A DNA stretch of 62,805 nucleotides, filler included, from Klebsormidium nitens (Eukaryota; Plantae; Klebsormidiophyceae): the NCBI GenBank assembly GCA_000708835.1. It is 4 parts of 4 records of this genome, joined end to end, with 100 filler letters (N's around TTAATTAATTAA, not from the genome) between each part and the next. Parts side by side here need not be neighbours in the genome. Positions count along the whole stretch, not along the records: positions 24,404 to 43,809 come from DF237935.1; 3 more parts are not named here. One strand, given 5' to 3'. Both the position numbers and the translations under genes were made by a program. Below, piece by piece: positions 24,936-38,000 of the stretch. The notes under the pieces were generated by a model. It did no database searches, was not told the origin of the DNA, and saw nothing but the letters and a program-made list of their open reading frames with translations. The first letter of the stretch is position 1. Every line of letters begins with the position of its first letter.

Positions 24936-27199
24936 GTGTACAGCTCATTTCAAACCTGAAACGGCCCAGTACTGCGGCATGGCTTGGGGGCGAAGAAGTG
25001 TCGACGACTTTTGATGCATTGGCTTGACTTGCCATATGAGACTGTCAGTACGTCAGAAAGTCACTCACTCAATAGCACGTCAACCTACTCTACTGGAGTT
25101 TTCCACAACACCACCGTCATTCAAGAGACCTGAATCAGAGAAATGGCAAGCTGCATACACATACACACCTTAGATTGCACACCAGGAGCTACTGGAGCTG
25201 GGACGGGCTGCGGCGCGACCAGCTCCTTGGTCGTTTTCTTTCAGGCTTGCTCCCACTCGCATCGGAAAGGCGCTCAGGCCCCGGCAATGCTGCCCTGCAG
25301 TGACATACGCTCATGTACTATGACACTGGCTGTACTGCATGGGGCTTAAAGGTTGCCCAGCGTCCATAGCGTATGGTTCTCGGGCCAAACCGGGCACTTT
25401 CCGTTCGGGTCAGCTGAATCCCAGATCGACGGCGCCCGGATGAACCCGGCCCATCGGACGGCTGAGAAAGTTGGGGGGAATTGGAGACTCGGCGCCGCCC
25501 CCGTCAGCCCATGCGCGCATGTCCAGCGCGCGCTAGCGCCCACTGCAAGTGCCGACTGAGTCGGCCCGGCCGCGCGGCGCCTTCTGCGACCGCCGCAGCC
25601 GGCCGCGCCGCGCGCCAGGCTGCAAGCTAGCCTAGTAATGAGAGTCCTGGCACGGCGCAGGCAATGGCTACCTCCGATGAAGCTCGGCGGTCGACTTCCT
25701 CTTTGACGAGCGCCCCTCCATCACCTTCGATCAAATACTCAAACACCGTTAAAGTCAACATGTTTCATGACCATTTTACGGATTGGGCCCATACGGCCAG
25801 CCGATGGTTCCACGATGGTCCAAAGCTCAAAAGCTCGCAACTATCCAACTATGATTGCTTCCAAGATCGTCTCTGATTTTTACAGTTCAAAAGGAGCCAC
25901 TGCAAGGACACAGTGTCATCGACTTCTTCGGATTCATTATATCATTATTGTCGAATCATGCGGTTTGTACATGTGAAGCATCAGAAGCAGAGGTTTCCGG
26001 CGACGGTCCCTGACCAGAATCAGGCTTTAATTTCCGAGTCTGTGTAACAAACGTTTGAATTGAAGAGGGGCTGGGATTCAACTGACTCCGAGAGATTGAA
26101 TTGCTTTGGCATGGTCCAAGCTGCTTAGCCACGGCGGGTTGTTTATGATCTGGCAAAAACCGAATCACGAGTACCAGTCCAAGTCTTCAGATAATCAACC
26201 ACTTATTGTGAGTCAGCGGGACTCCCAACATGTTTCCGTACCGCTTGACACGTACGCAAAGGAGGAGCGACTAGAGTGGCATTGCAGAGGCATGGCGAGA
26301 TTAGTACATGTGGAAATGTGTAAAGCTGTAGTGGGTCCCGGCTGAGGGGTCTTAGCCGAGCATTAGCCAAGGTGACTCTGCTCGATGGACTTCGAGGTAA
26401 GTCTTTTTGGATCTGGTCTGAAGAAAGAAACCATTAAACGATGGGGCGCAAGTTGTGCAAGGTTGACCTTGTGCGGGAGTCAGAATCTCGTGCCAGAGCC
26501 ACCGTTTCGCTTTGCTACGAAACTTTACGTCCCGTTCATTTACAAAGCTTTTCGAGCGTTCTTGTTGAGGAGCCTCTACGTATATACTTTGGAGTGGCAC
26601 ATAAGGCAACTGTGCCTAGCACAGCCGGAGATCGAGATCCTACTCGCCACGTGCCACCGTGGTTTCCCTCAAGCTCTCCATCGTCGATTAGTAGGTAGTG
26701 TAAATGCTTGTATGCGCCCCATGTTTGACATGCTCTACCGTGTTCAAACGAACTGGTCTACCAGAGTATCTTGGATAGTTGATTATACGCCATCTTATCG
26801 ATTCGCGACAAACGTTGCAAGCGCTCGACTGAGACAGCTGCTGAGGATTCTTCACAGCGGGATTGCGTGCGGGTTCTGAGATGGAAGTTTCTGGCACCAA
26901 TTCTCTTTTGCAGCATACCAGCATTTCGTGTATATGCATTCAAGACGTTGCTACCAGTCAGACTCTCTAAAAGTGTATCTGTGTCAAATATGTTCAAGGT
27001 ATGGAAAGAACTCTGCCTATCTGAATTGAAAAGAATGATGTAGAGGTTTCCATCACATCACTGAAAGTAAAGTACGTGCAATGAGTCACGTCTCGCTGGA
27101 AGATTCGAAAACTATTATCATAGGTGGCCGCCATGACTGCAAGTTACACGGCCGTATGCAGTAGTTCTAGAAAGATCTTCCCCTTGACCAGCGCTTGTC

Positions 27200-28976
27200 T
27201 TATTTCCCCTCGTTGCACTCTAGCTCTACCGTGCACACCGGAAGCTCGTAGTGCGGGTGAGACATTACTGTGACGTCGCCCCCATAACTTGGCGAGATGA
27301 TCACTTGCGGAACCGGCAGAAGCAGGAACAAGATCAGCGTGAATGGAGGCCCCCTGAATATTTCACCGCTCGCACACTGCTTTTGGCACTAGGGCAAGCT
27401 CGTGATTGGTGACGTTCCGAACCAGTCCCCGCCCGCTACCCTCTTTTCTGGCAGCATTCCGTTCTCCAGGATGGACGGAACGTTGGGGGGAGGAGTGCCG
27501 TGGAAGGCGAAGGTGAGCGGCGCCGTGACCTGATCGCGGGAGCCCATAAGCGATTGGAACGCACCTGCGGGGTTGAATCATCATGCGAAGTCAGGCACGG
27601 ATAACACGAATGGACGAGGTTCCATGGGCATTTCATTAGCTAAAAGCTTTCCTGCCCAAAACACCGATCCTAAATGATTTCCAATGCTTAAATATACGTA
27701 TTCGTTCTTGTAGGCTGACGTCAGAGGCGTTGTGAACATGCCGTGTACAACGTAGTCTCGTCCGCAGATCTGACGGGCATTTGTTTTGCTATGTTTATTT
27801 TCACTTTTCCCCCTTCTCCGTTCACACAGCCAATCTTGAGAGGTTATCCATGGTTCCACCTCAGCCCCAACCAACCCTACTTTCTTTCGCCGCTGTGAAG
27901 GGCGGGTACCCACCTCCCAGGTCTGCCACGTGTCCCGCCATCGCGTCCAGAAACCGCTCGTACAGCGCGCCTCCCGGCCGCGCGCGCGCGTTCACAGCGA
28001 CTCTCGAGACGCAAAGCCGAAGATGCCGTTGGCAAGTACCAATGAACGGGCTGGCAGCCGATGTTTGAACTGGACAGGACCTCATGGATGCGATCTTCGG
28101 ATTTTAGAAAGTCTAGCAGCTCCATGAGAACCTGCAAGATGGAGCAGCAGTATTGGGTAGGATACAAAGTCAACCAGAGCAAAAGGGCTGTAGCGGTGCT
28201 AGTTGAATTCTAGACCCTAAAAGTCGAATATACCTCGAGCGGCTTTAAAAATCTGGGCGCTTCTGACATCAGTTGGTTATCGAAGTATCACCTTAGCCGC
28301 TTAGGAATATCTGAGTCTTCTAGTACGTCGAGCGGGATCGGAGTATAGAGCTATAACTATGTTGAGGAGAAAAGGGCAAGCTGGCAAAAATCAAGACCGG
28401 CTCCTCATCAAGCAGAGCAGCAAAGCGGAGGCTAGAATAAATCAAAGACGGTCAAGCGCCCAGGCGCGTAGAATGTGGCGCGTAGTGACCCTGTACAAAA
28501 GCGTACGTTTGAATGCATCGTCCAACGTCGTCGATAAGGAAATCAGAACGCTTCCTGTTCAGAGTGGGGGCATCAGAAGAGGGAACATCTCGGCGCTAAG
28601 GAGTACTGGGTTGTAAAGGATTCAGAAAAACCGCCTTCTTTTCGCTTTCGTCTCCCCAGTATTTGGATCGGCGACGATGTGCATCTTTCTCCATTACCTG
28701 GCGCTTCTTCGCCGCCTCGCTCTCCGTGATCATGGCCGCGAGCGCGCGCGCGTCGTTCGGCAGCCGGTCGAACATGCACGTCGAAGAGAAGCCCCAGCGG
28801 ATGGCGCGTTCAGCGTTCGACGCCGGAGACCCGTCCCAGGCGGTCTTGAGCGTCACCACAAGGTCTTCGTCTTCAGCTTCTTTCGAGGATCTGTACGAAG
28901 AAGGGTACAGACTGTCAGAGATGATGGGCGATACGCGAAGGAAGCGTTTCGATCGATCTGGCTTCCGCAGTTTCAT
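27200..28976 (-). pseudogene. PARP-like (diphtheria-toxin fold) ADP-ribosyltransferase gene with an in-frame stop
   Basis: Last exon 27564-27200: TFAFHGTPPPNVPSILENGMLPEKRVAGGDWFGTSPITSLP*C…TLILFLLL…DVTVMSHPHYELPVCTVE. Upstream exon VAVNARARPGGALYERFLDA (~28030-27895). TAG at 27389-27391. Inclusion of the 28596-28976 exon is tentative. Confidence 0.75.
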
Positions 28977-31493
28977 AAATAACCAGGCAACTGGAAGTGA
29001 CAGCCTCTGAAAAGCTTGGCTCTGCTTCGTAAAGCGATGGACACTCGGCTAACATTCTGCTTTGCTTTCTCGACTTCAATTTTCAATCGAGGTTACTATG
29101 ATCTTCAAACGTCATTCCTTGACGTCTTCAACGACGGTTCTGAAAGCCGGGTTCTCAGCCCTACTCTGAAAACCTTAGGTCCAAATTGCAAGTCGCAATC
29201 ATCACCTGTGAGAAGCGCACGCGCGCTCCGCATTCCCGTGCTTTGCACTGTTTCGTGGCGACCTCCGCACAGTCTCCTCCAGCTGAAAAGTCGCCTCTCC
29301 CGACGCGCCTGCCGCGAGAATGGCGCGGCCAACTTTGGCATCGAATGGCTGCCACGTGCTGGAGCCGGGACGTCTCCAGCTGACCGTCAGATGCGGACCG
29401 CCTCTGACGATTGGCGGTGCTTCGGACGTCCTCGACATCCTTACAGCTGCCATCGAAGGGTAAGCAGGCTTCAACAGACAGATGGGCACAGGTTCTATAT
29501 TCCATTTCGAGAGAGTGCGCTGAAGCCTTTGAACATTGACTCGTTCAAGTGGTGATGAAAGGACGTTCAGCCCTGAGTGCAAAGCTCCAGATTTTACAAA
29601 AGATGCACCTGCTACGACGGGATGATTTATTTTGAAAACTGCAATGCCTCGAAGGATTCAGTGAGCGTTCTTTGATAGAGGAATTTTCCTTCACTTCGTC
29701 AGTCTTCAAATGTAAATCGAGCTTGCAGCTTCAGCAAACAAGCTTCTCAATAAACAACTCTCATTTGGAGCGCTAAAGTTTCTGATGGGCGAAGTTCAGA
29801 AGTAGTATCTCATTTGATGACGGCCCACATTCGTAATGCACACTCCTAAGATGATGCTGTGCTGTGACTTGACGTCACGGAATGAAAGCTAAGTTGACTC
29901 GTATCACCAAGTATCCAGCCCAGATCCCTCAAGATCAACAAGAAGTACAGGAAATAAATAGTAAATTGACACAAATCTGGTATGTCGGGCAAGGGAGCAG
30001 AGATGTACGATGACGATGATGCAAAAGAAAAAACAAATTATTTCTGAGGCATGCGCTCGCTTAAAATTTGGGCACAGTGCTGACTCCCCCAATAGATGAA
30101 GCCGAACTGCAAAGAAGCAAACTTCTGTTCCTCAAAAGGCAGTTTCTGATATCAAGGTGAGCCCCTCGCTCACTCTTCGCGCCGAAAGCTCACCTCGGCT
30201 TTTTCAGCTTTGTGATTCCTCCGCGCGCGCGCGCCCAGGAAAAATGTGCAAGGACCAGATCTGCGCTGGACCTTTTCGGACGAAGCGCCGCGCCGCCAGT
30301 CACCACCTGCACGCTAAACTAAATTGATAATTATTCTGGCCGCAGCAACGAAACCGAAAATCTCAGCATCTTCCAAACCTCCTCTTGAGCAGCGCAGAGT
30401 CACCCCGGCTCTACGCTGGCTACTTTCAAATCACTGCTCAATCTGCGGCGCACGTAGCACGTAGCTGCTCCAGCAATGTCCGATGCACCTCAATCCCTCC
30501 TGTTAAGCACCACTTTTTGGCAACTTGAAGCGATCGTTTCAGGAGGAGGGTACAGCAGAAGCCTGTGCGCATGCAGGGTGAAACCCCGCTCCGTCTCGTC
30601 AGCAAACGATCCGCCGGGCGGACGCTAGGGGCAATCCACTTTCTCGACTGACCGCACGAGACGGTGACATTCGGACGTATAGCGCCGCAGCTTTTGAAAC
30701 GCAATGATGCCCCCGCAGGTCGAGGCGGTTGTCAATATCTAGGACAATCGCAGAATATATTCGGAATTGCACCATCACACAGGTGTGTTCCGGCCAAGCT
30801 AAACATCCATTCTTCGCGTATACATTGACACTGTCCATCATGCAAGAGTCACCACGCAGGCTGCTAGGTTTTACAGCAGAGCTCAAGTCCAAATATGAGT
30901 TTTTGGAAAACCAGTCCACGAAAGGGTGCTAGCATAGGAGAAAAAGTGTATCCAGCAATATTGGTGTCAAGCGGCGGCGCTCGATGGCGTCAATGGTGGA
31001 TGACACCCAAACGCTGTTTGTGACTCTGACTGCATCTGAGGGATGTCCAAATGGTACGTTCTTGATCAGTGCCGGGCGCCTTGTTGGGTCACTTGCGATC
31101 GGTGACGTGCCATCTCCGCCTTTACGTGACACTGCATACTTCATCGATGCGTCATCCTCGTGCCCTCGTGTCCGGCGCCGCCTAGTCAGCACAAGCTGAG
31201 CCGTCCGATATGCAAATGAACGGTCGGATTGGTGACAGCTGTCAATTTGTCCCGCTGCAAGACTTCAGGCTTCCTTTCAGCACCAGGACAGACAAAGTTA
31301 AGGCTTGCATTTCAGATTTCGGAACAACTCTGCAATACTTTTCAGAGCGCAGCAATCTGGAGGTGTAAACACAAGACGCCACGGGCTCTCATCTGAAGCA
31401 CGCAGAGTCAGACCGAAAGCCGCGGCGGCCAGTGAATCTTCATTAGGGGCGCCTGCAGGCGTTGTGCGCGCATAGTATCTCTCTGCGAGGACA

Positions 31494-33340
31494 ATGGAGG
31501 GCGGCTACGAGCGCTACTGGACCTTGCAAGACTTCTTTGCGTTCAACCAGAACCTCTTAGCCCTTCGCCAACAGGTTTGTGCAAACACTCTCCCCTTTAC
31601 CATGGGAATCTGCTGCTGGTATGAGGTTCCCGGGAGTTTGGTGGAAGCTCAAGGTTTTGTTCAAAGTGACCTTTTTTTGGAAGATATTTCGATGTAATCT
31701 GATGGATTTATCATTGCCAGCACCCAGCTGACTGCGAATCTGCACAGGTATCCACGTTTTGTCAATCAAGATGAGATTCTCAAATGTACCATCACAAGTC
31801 GCCTCAGTTACCTGAGCTTTTTGTTCAACAACATGGGCACCTAGATATATGCTTAAGTTCACCACACGTGGTACTTTGAGAGAATCTTGTCATCCCACCA
31901 GAATTATCTTGAGGTTTTCCCAGAACTAGGTCGAAAACCCGCTTACTCTCTGCATCGGACTTCCTCAAGTATCAGCACTCTTTCCAATACTTAAAGAGAT
32001 GAGGACTGTTTCACCAGGTGCTGTTTCAAAGAATGGAAGCTAAAAAAACTCTTTCTCTGAAGACCAAATCAGGCATATCTCGTGCATATGCCCACAGGTC
32101 AAAGCGGGAATGTGGAACCCACCAAAATTATCTCGATTTTCTCCATTCGTTCCTTTCAAACTAACAAAAGTAGGTCGCTTCCTTCAGCATTTCAACAAAA
32201 CAAGTGTGAAAGCGTTTTACTTTTGCCATACAAAATATCAAAGTAGAATAATAAACGTGGTACAAATGTAAGCATGAATATTCTAGCTGTATCTCGCATC
32301 TCCTTTTCTTCAGGCCTGGACTCCGTTTCCTTATCTTCAATACCAAGCCTACCTGCCCCAAGCACTGGAGCCCCCAACCAAGCAACCACGCTCTGAGGCG
32401 AACGTAATCAATCGCCCCAGCCCTCCTTCAGCCAGCATATCCGACTCCTGCGGTCTCACCTCCTTCCGTTCATGTTCCGTCGCTCCGTTCACGCTTCCGT
32501 CGGAATCGTTCAGCAGCAGCAGCTGCGCGTCCTCCTCTAGTTCTCCTCGCCCGGTAGGCTCTACCGGGGATTCAAACAGGGACGACTCTAGTTCTTCCAC
32601 CAGCCGCTACGGGCCGCCGTTCAAAACGGCGCCCGGTTCTTTCGGCTCCGCTTTCGGGACGGCTTCTGAGTCCGCCACGTGTCCACTCGAGGGCTGCGCC
32701 ACGTGTCCAGTTGCAGAGCACGTGTGGTCCAACCCAGAAAGCAGTTCGAGGCCCAGACTTCCCCCGCGTTTCTGGGAGACGGCTGGAGAGAGGAGAACGG
32801 TGCGTCGAGAGAGACAAGAAGCGTTTCAAGCTGCTTACCCTCCCGCATATGTAAGATATTTCGTTGCTTTGCTCTACTGCTAAATCTTAGTTGCTCTTCT
32901 TCCTTCAAATCAAAGCTCGCTGCGCTCGCTTCTGTGCGGACGAGGTCTTTTGAAGAAGCAACCTGGAGGGCCGTCAATCATCCCGGGTACAATAGAAAAG
33001 CGCACTGACATTCAACAACGAAATGGCGCGTTCCAACTACAGGGGCCCCTGTCAAATGCCATTGGAAAATCGCTTCGCACCTGGTTCGACGCCTTGAATT
33101 AATTTCCTGGCTTCGAGTTCGCGCAGAATCGAACCGTTCCTTTTCGCGGTTCAAAGCTCGACGCTTAGAAGGTTTCAGGAGTTCCGAACTTGTCTGCAGC
33201 GGAACGCCGTTGCGCGGAACGGTCCGAACTTGCAGCGGCTCCAGACGGAGTCGCGAGCTCTGCAGCAAGCGCTGTTGACCAACGAGCCGCTCTCATTGCC
33301 GAGGCCAACTGCTAACTTCCTGCATGAAAACCCTCAGATG
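31494..33340 (+). CDS. Hypothetical spliced Ser/Pro-rich protein
   Basis: ATG exon MEGGYERYWTLQDFFAFNQNLLALRQQ ending at a GT donor (~31575); GC-rich open segment ~32330-32850 (PYLQYQAYLPQALEPP…). No recognised domain. Confidence 0.3.
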
Positions 33341-34504
33341 GTACGTCGCCATCTCTTTTTCCGCCCCGCAAGTATTGTTAAGCGAGACGGACAAACCAGC
33401 ATGTCACGAACACTTGAACCGGACACTGAAGACTGCCTGCAGGAGTTATCTCATAGCTTTTAGGCCACACGGCTCTTCCTGCCGTTTCTTTCGGTTCTTC
33501 CCTTCCTCTGATGCGGTTTTTCCCGCGTTGCTCTCCTTTTCACCTCAGTTCGCTCACTGGTTCGCCCTTCGATAGGCTCACTTCAACTCTCCCGCAAGCC
33601 TCCATCTGCTGCGTCCTCAGATCTTTGTCTTCGCTAAATCCAAGTTCGGGTACCACTGTGCAGGGTCCGTGCGCAACAGGAGCGCCCCGCGGCCGCGGCC
33701 CGAGGCACCTAGCAGGCACCCGGGAGACGGCGATCAGGCCTGCGGGCCCGCCTGAACAGATGGTCGGGAGGAAACGCCGGTTGATCGAGGCTTGGCAGAA
33801 CGAACAGCTTCAGTGAATCACTGTAGACGTGTAGGGGCACGTGCCAAAGGTCAGGCTTACTCCACTCTAGCCAATAATAGCTCGTCACTCAAACGTCGTG
33901 GAGATGCTGAAGCGGTGAAGTGCATGCAGTGCCACAGCAAAAGCCTTGGGAAAGCGAGTCTTAAGCTGAAAGACTTCACTGCATGGAATGAACGGTCGAA
34001 ACTATGATAAGCGGCCGCCCTCAGGCGCGTGGAAAAGGAGACCGTGTCGTATGCGGCGCGGCCGCATCGCCTGGCACTGCCAATCTGCACACAATCACTT
34101 ATACCTTTGTGAGCCTATCGAATATCTATACTGATAATATGTCTCCACGTATGTCCGTAATCAAATATAACAAGGGCATGCGTCCGATCGTCGAGCTACG
34201 GCGGCATGGGCGTGCATCATCTGTGCGCTTCGCACGAGGTCGGCGGGTTTTTATATGGTTTCGCCGACGCATGCCGTCACTCAGACAAGATCGATGTATA
34301 CTCAGGCGGCCGGCGATCCACAGTGGCGTCGAAGGTTGTAATTTCGGCCCGGCCCGGCCGGATGCATGACCACGTACAGTGCCGCACTTGGTACTAATTG
34401 CACCAAATGAAATATATAACCCGTGTCTAGCACGCTGGCCCCGCGTCATGTTGCAGTGCATCGCACAACATATGCAGCTGGTGTTGATTCAGGTCCGTGA
34501 TTTA

Positions 34505-34670
34505 CATCTTTACGCAACGTGTCCGAGACCGTCCTCGCCAGCGCAACGTGTCTGAGACCGTCCACGAGACCGTCCTCGCCAGCGCAACGTGTCTGAGACC
34601 GTCCACATCTTTACGCAACGTGTCCGAGACCGTCCTCGCCAGCACAACGTGTCTGAGACCGTCCTAGCGA
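34505..34670. repeat. Short tandem repeat of gcaacgtgtc(c/t)gagaccgtcc(tcgcca/ac)
   Basis: About six imperfect copies can be read directly. Confidence 0.85.
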
Positions 34671-35017
34671 GCGAGGGCCATGTTCATGCCTTCAACAATG
34701 ACATGGGCCTGATATGCACACAATCTGCAAAACTGTCCGACCACCCATGTGCGTCAGAATCCAACCAAAGTGCCGTCATCACAGATCTGGGGACTGCAGT
34801 ACGTACCAGCATGCATTTAATGCAAGCTCGCTGACATGTTGTCAGGTCGTCGCGGCGCCGTTGCAAGCGCGTGCCGATGTTGCCATGCGGGACGATAATT
34901 CTGTGCGGCTTTCCTTGTAGAGCACCGAATCCTCGCTGATCCCGGCTTAAGTTGGCTCGTGTCTCTTCAAACTCTCGAAGAAATCTAGAAAAGTGTCCTC
35001 CTGCACTTTTGAACTTC

Positions 35018-38000
35018 TCAGCTTTGCATCCGCACGCTCCGACTGATGCTCGCCTTGATACCACTCGTCTCGCCGCCATACCCGCTCATATGCGTCTTCG
35101 CCTCCCTGACTTGGCCCTTCCGGTTGATCACCGCCTTGGCATGCCGCATCCGTTGCTTAACCCTCGGGTTCTTAATCGCCTTCTTCCTATGCGGTGTCAG
35201 CCCCTTGTTCTTCTCAATCTGTTTATTTATCCCCCGTTTCCCCTCCGCCAAATCGTCCTCCGCCGCAAATCGCCCGGTTCCACGGTCGTATTTCGCGGCC
35301 TTTGCGGCCCTCTTTAGCTGGCTCTGCTCTTTGGCGGATTTGTAGAAGTCGTCTTCGAACTCGCCCGACGGCCCGGCCTCGTCCGGCTCGCTGCCGGAGG
35401 GGGATCCCCCCCGCGGGATCCGGACGTCGTGCTTCTTGCGGCGCTCGCCCAGCGTTTCTCGGACGGGCAGGTCTGCGTCGCCTGTGGAAAAGAGGTCAAG
35501 GTTGAGGAAAAGTTAAGGTTGAGTGGTGTAACCTCCGTTTTATGAAGCCGGACCCCCTCGAATCGATCCTTCGTCTGCTCATATCAGAGTCAGATTCTCC
35601 AGAAGAGAACGAGTGGGCCAGAGACTGCGTCTGGCAGCATCACAAAATCTCCAGAACTAAACCCCACTTCTCGATGTTGATGTTCGTGCAGTGCTTTCTT
35701 TGCTTCGTAGCACTTCGCACTAGGTACCGAACAAACTGGCTGTGACGTACGCATCACAACAGGGTCTCAACCAGACGTAATGTCTCAAACATCAGCAAGT
35801 AGACCCACACCCGATTCCAGCGCTTCGCCATCAAACTGAGGAAGTTTGAAGCGCAGCCGCTCTGCCGATGCTCACTTCTCAGCAGGCACGCGTGCCAAAC
35901 ATTTTTCATGCGAGAGCCAAGCAAGACGCGTTAAGAGGGACCATCCTTCGGAAAGAAAAAGCTTTCCGCGAGAAACCCCGTCGAGAGTACACGCTTGGAA
36001 GCAGGTCAAAACCATACGGTAACGCATCTTAAGTTTCCAGAAGCCGGTCAACAAATAAGCCCCTCTGCAACGCGCAATGTAAACCCCCTCGATTCGACCG
36101 CAACGGAAACAAGGCGCTCTTGAGCTTGAACAGAGCTCTTTGTCGACCAATCCCGTCACTGCTCAACACCCGCGCCTCTACGCAAAAACCGGTACACACA
36201 ACGCTTCTCTCCGTCCCCTCACCTGACAGCACGCGGGCCCTCTTTTCCGGCCGCGCCTCCTCCATCGCCGCTTGTCCCATCTTCTTCCGCTTCAACAAGT
36301 CCTCCGGCGGGGCCCCCAACTTTCCCCCCTCCTCTCGTTCGCCCTCCGCCACCAGATCCGCCACGTCATCATCGAAGTCGTCCAGCATATCCGACATGCC
36401 CGTGAGCCGTTTCACACTCTTTTGCCGCGCCCTCTCGGCCTTGGTGAGCGGCACGCGTGTGAACAGGTCCTCCTCGGCCTCGGCGCGCGCGGCCAGGCGC
36501 GCGCGCTCGCGCAGCAGCCGCTGGCTCTCGGCGCGCACCGCGTCCTCACGCACCTCCTCGGGGCGGCCCTCAATCTCCTCCGCCAGCGTGCGCAGCTGCA
36601 AGAGTTGTTTCAAACTTTCACTGTGATTTTCTCGATACAAGAAACTACGACTTTAATCAGGTAGATACGAACAAAGCCCTCATAACACCTCCTTGGGGCC
36701 GCCCTCCATCTCCTCCACCGACGTGCGCAGCTGCAGAAAACGTTCAAAGGCTTATAAATGTTTGAGACAAACGACGGGAAAAAGAAAGAGGATTCCCTTT
36801 TGAGTCAGTGGAATCACATCGTAGTGCAATCACAATCAACGTCCTCGAACCTGCGGCAGCCCTCGATCTCCTCGGCCGGTGTGGGCAGCTGCAAAAGCTT
36901 TCGAGAAACTTTTTTTCAAACCTTCGGTGCAATAAGCGTTTAGTCAATCAATCTGAAGGACTGAGCGATGCAGTCAGGATCAGCGTCCCCCGAGCACCCT
37001 CCTCGGGGCGGCCCTCAAACCCCTCCACCAGAATGCGCAGCTGCAGAAGCAAGTTTTACAACGCTAGGTATCTGAGGTTTCCACATCGTTTCGACGATTA
37101 GAGTACACCCTATAGCAGCGCCAGGCCCTGAGCGCACTTCATCGAGTCGCCGTCAATCGCTAAATCCGTACATCAGTTTCGGGCTGCGAAAGTGAAGACA
37201 CGACACATTCTCAAACGAGTGAGGACGCTAAATCGGTGGAGAAGTGCACGAAGTAGGGCGGAAGCACGAATCTCTCCCCTCAAGTAGTCAACTAGGGTCC
37301 ATCGAGCAAAGCATTGCTTCGGCTTTGACACTATCTTACCATTTTTAAGGCAGAAAGGGGAGAAGCAGACGGTAGATCGAATAAGGAGGGATCCATCCAA
37401 CCACTTTCGAGAAGGGGGGCAATCACGTCGCTACTCCGAATTGCAACGCTGGACAAAGCGGTTGCCTGAAGAAATTCTTGACAGGCACAAGCTATTTGCA
37501 GTAACTAAGCATGAGGAGGTAGAACTACTGCTCAAAAGAACTCAAGAGGAACTTCGGGCTCAACCACAGAGGCATGCGACAGACGACAAAAGTCTGGTAG
37601 CAACCTTGGAACAATCGCTCAGTCAAAGGCCAAAAGTGGGCAAGCTTCGAAGCATCAGCGGCTCCAAATAAGGACACAATAGAATCGCTTGGCATCAGCC
37701 TTTTCCCGCAGAGGGGTCCTCAGCATGGTACACGCGCACCAATACAGAGTTTGAGGCAATATGGAATCATCACTTGCCAAGGAGATTGAAACAAAACGTG
37801 TAGACATGAAATACGTCGGATCGTTCTCAACCCTGAAACTCAGACCAACAAATCACAAAATTGTGGAAATGCGACAGCATCGCCAGACATTGTTGAACCC
37901 CCCCTACAAAAGAGAGGCTTTTCGAGTGAGAGGATGCACACTGCAAGGATTTCCGAGGCTGACTGGCCCAAGAACGGTGGGCCGACCGGAAACGAAAAGT

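Noticed and set aside
26106-26345. VSVPLDTYAKEE segment as the missing DAP3 C-terminus
   Set aside because: Similarity too weak, and no clear splice sites in the required phase.
34500-34680. Possible CRISPR-like array
   Set aside because: Units are tandem with no unique spacers, the context is eukaryotic, and no cas genes are present.
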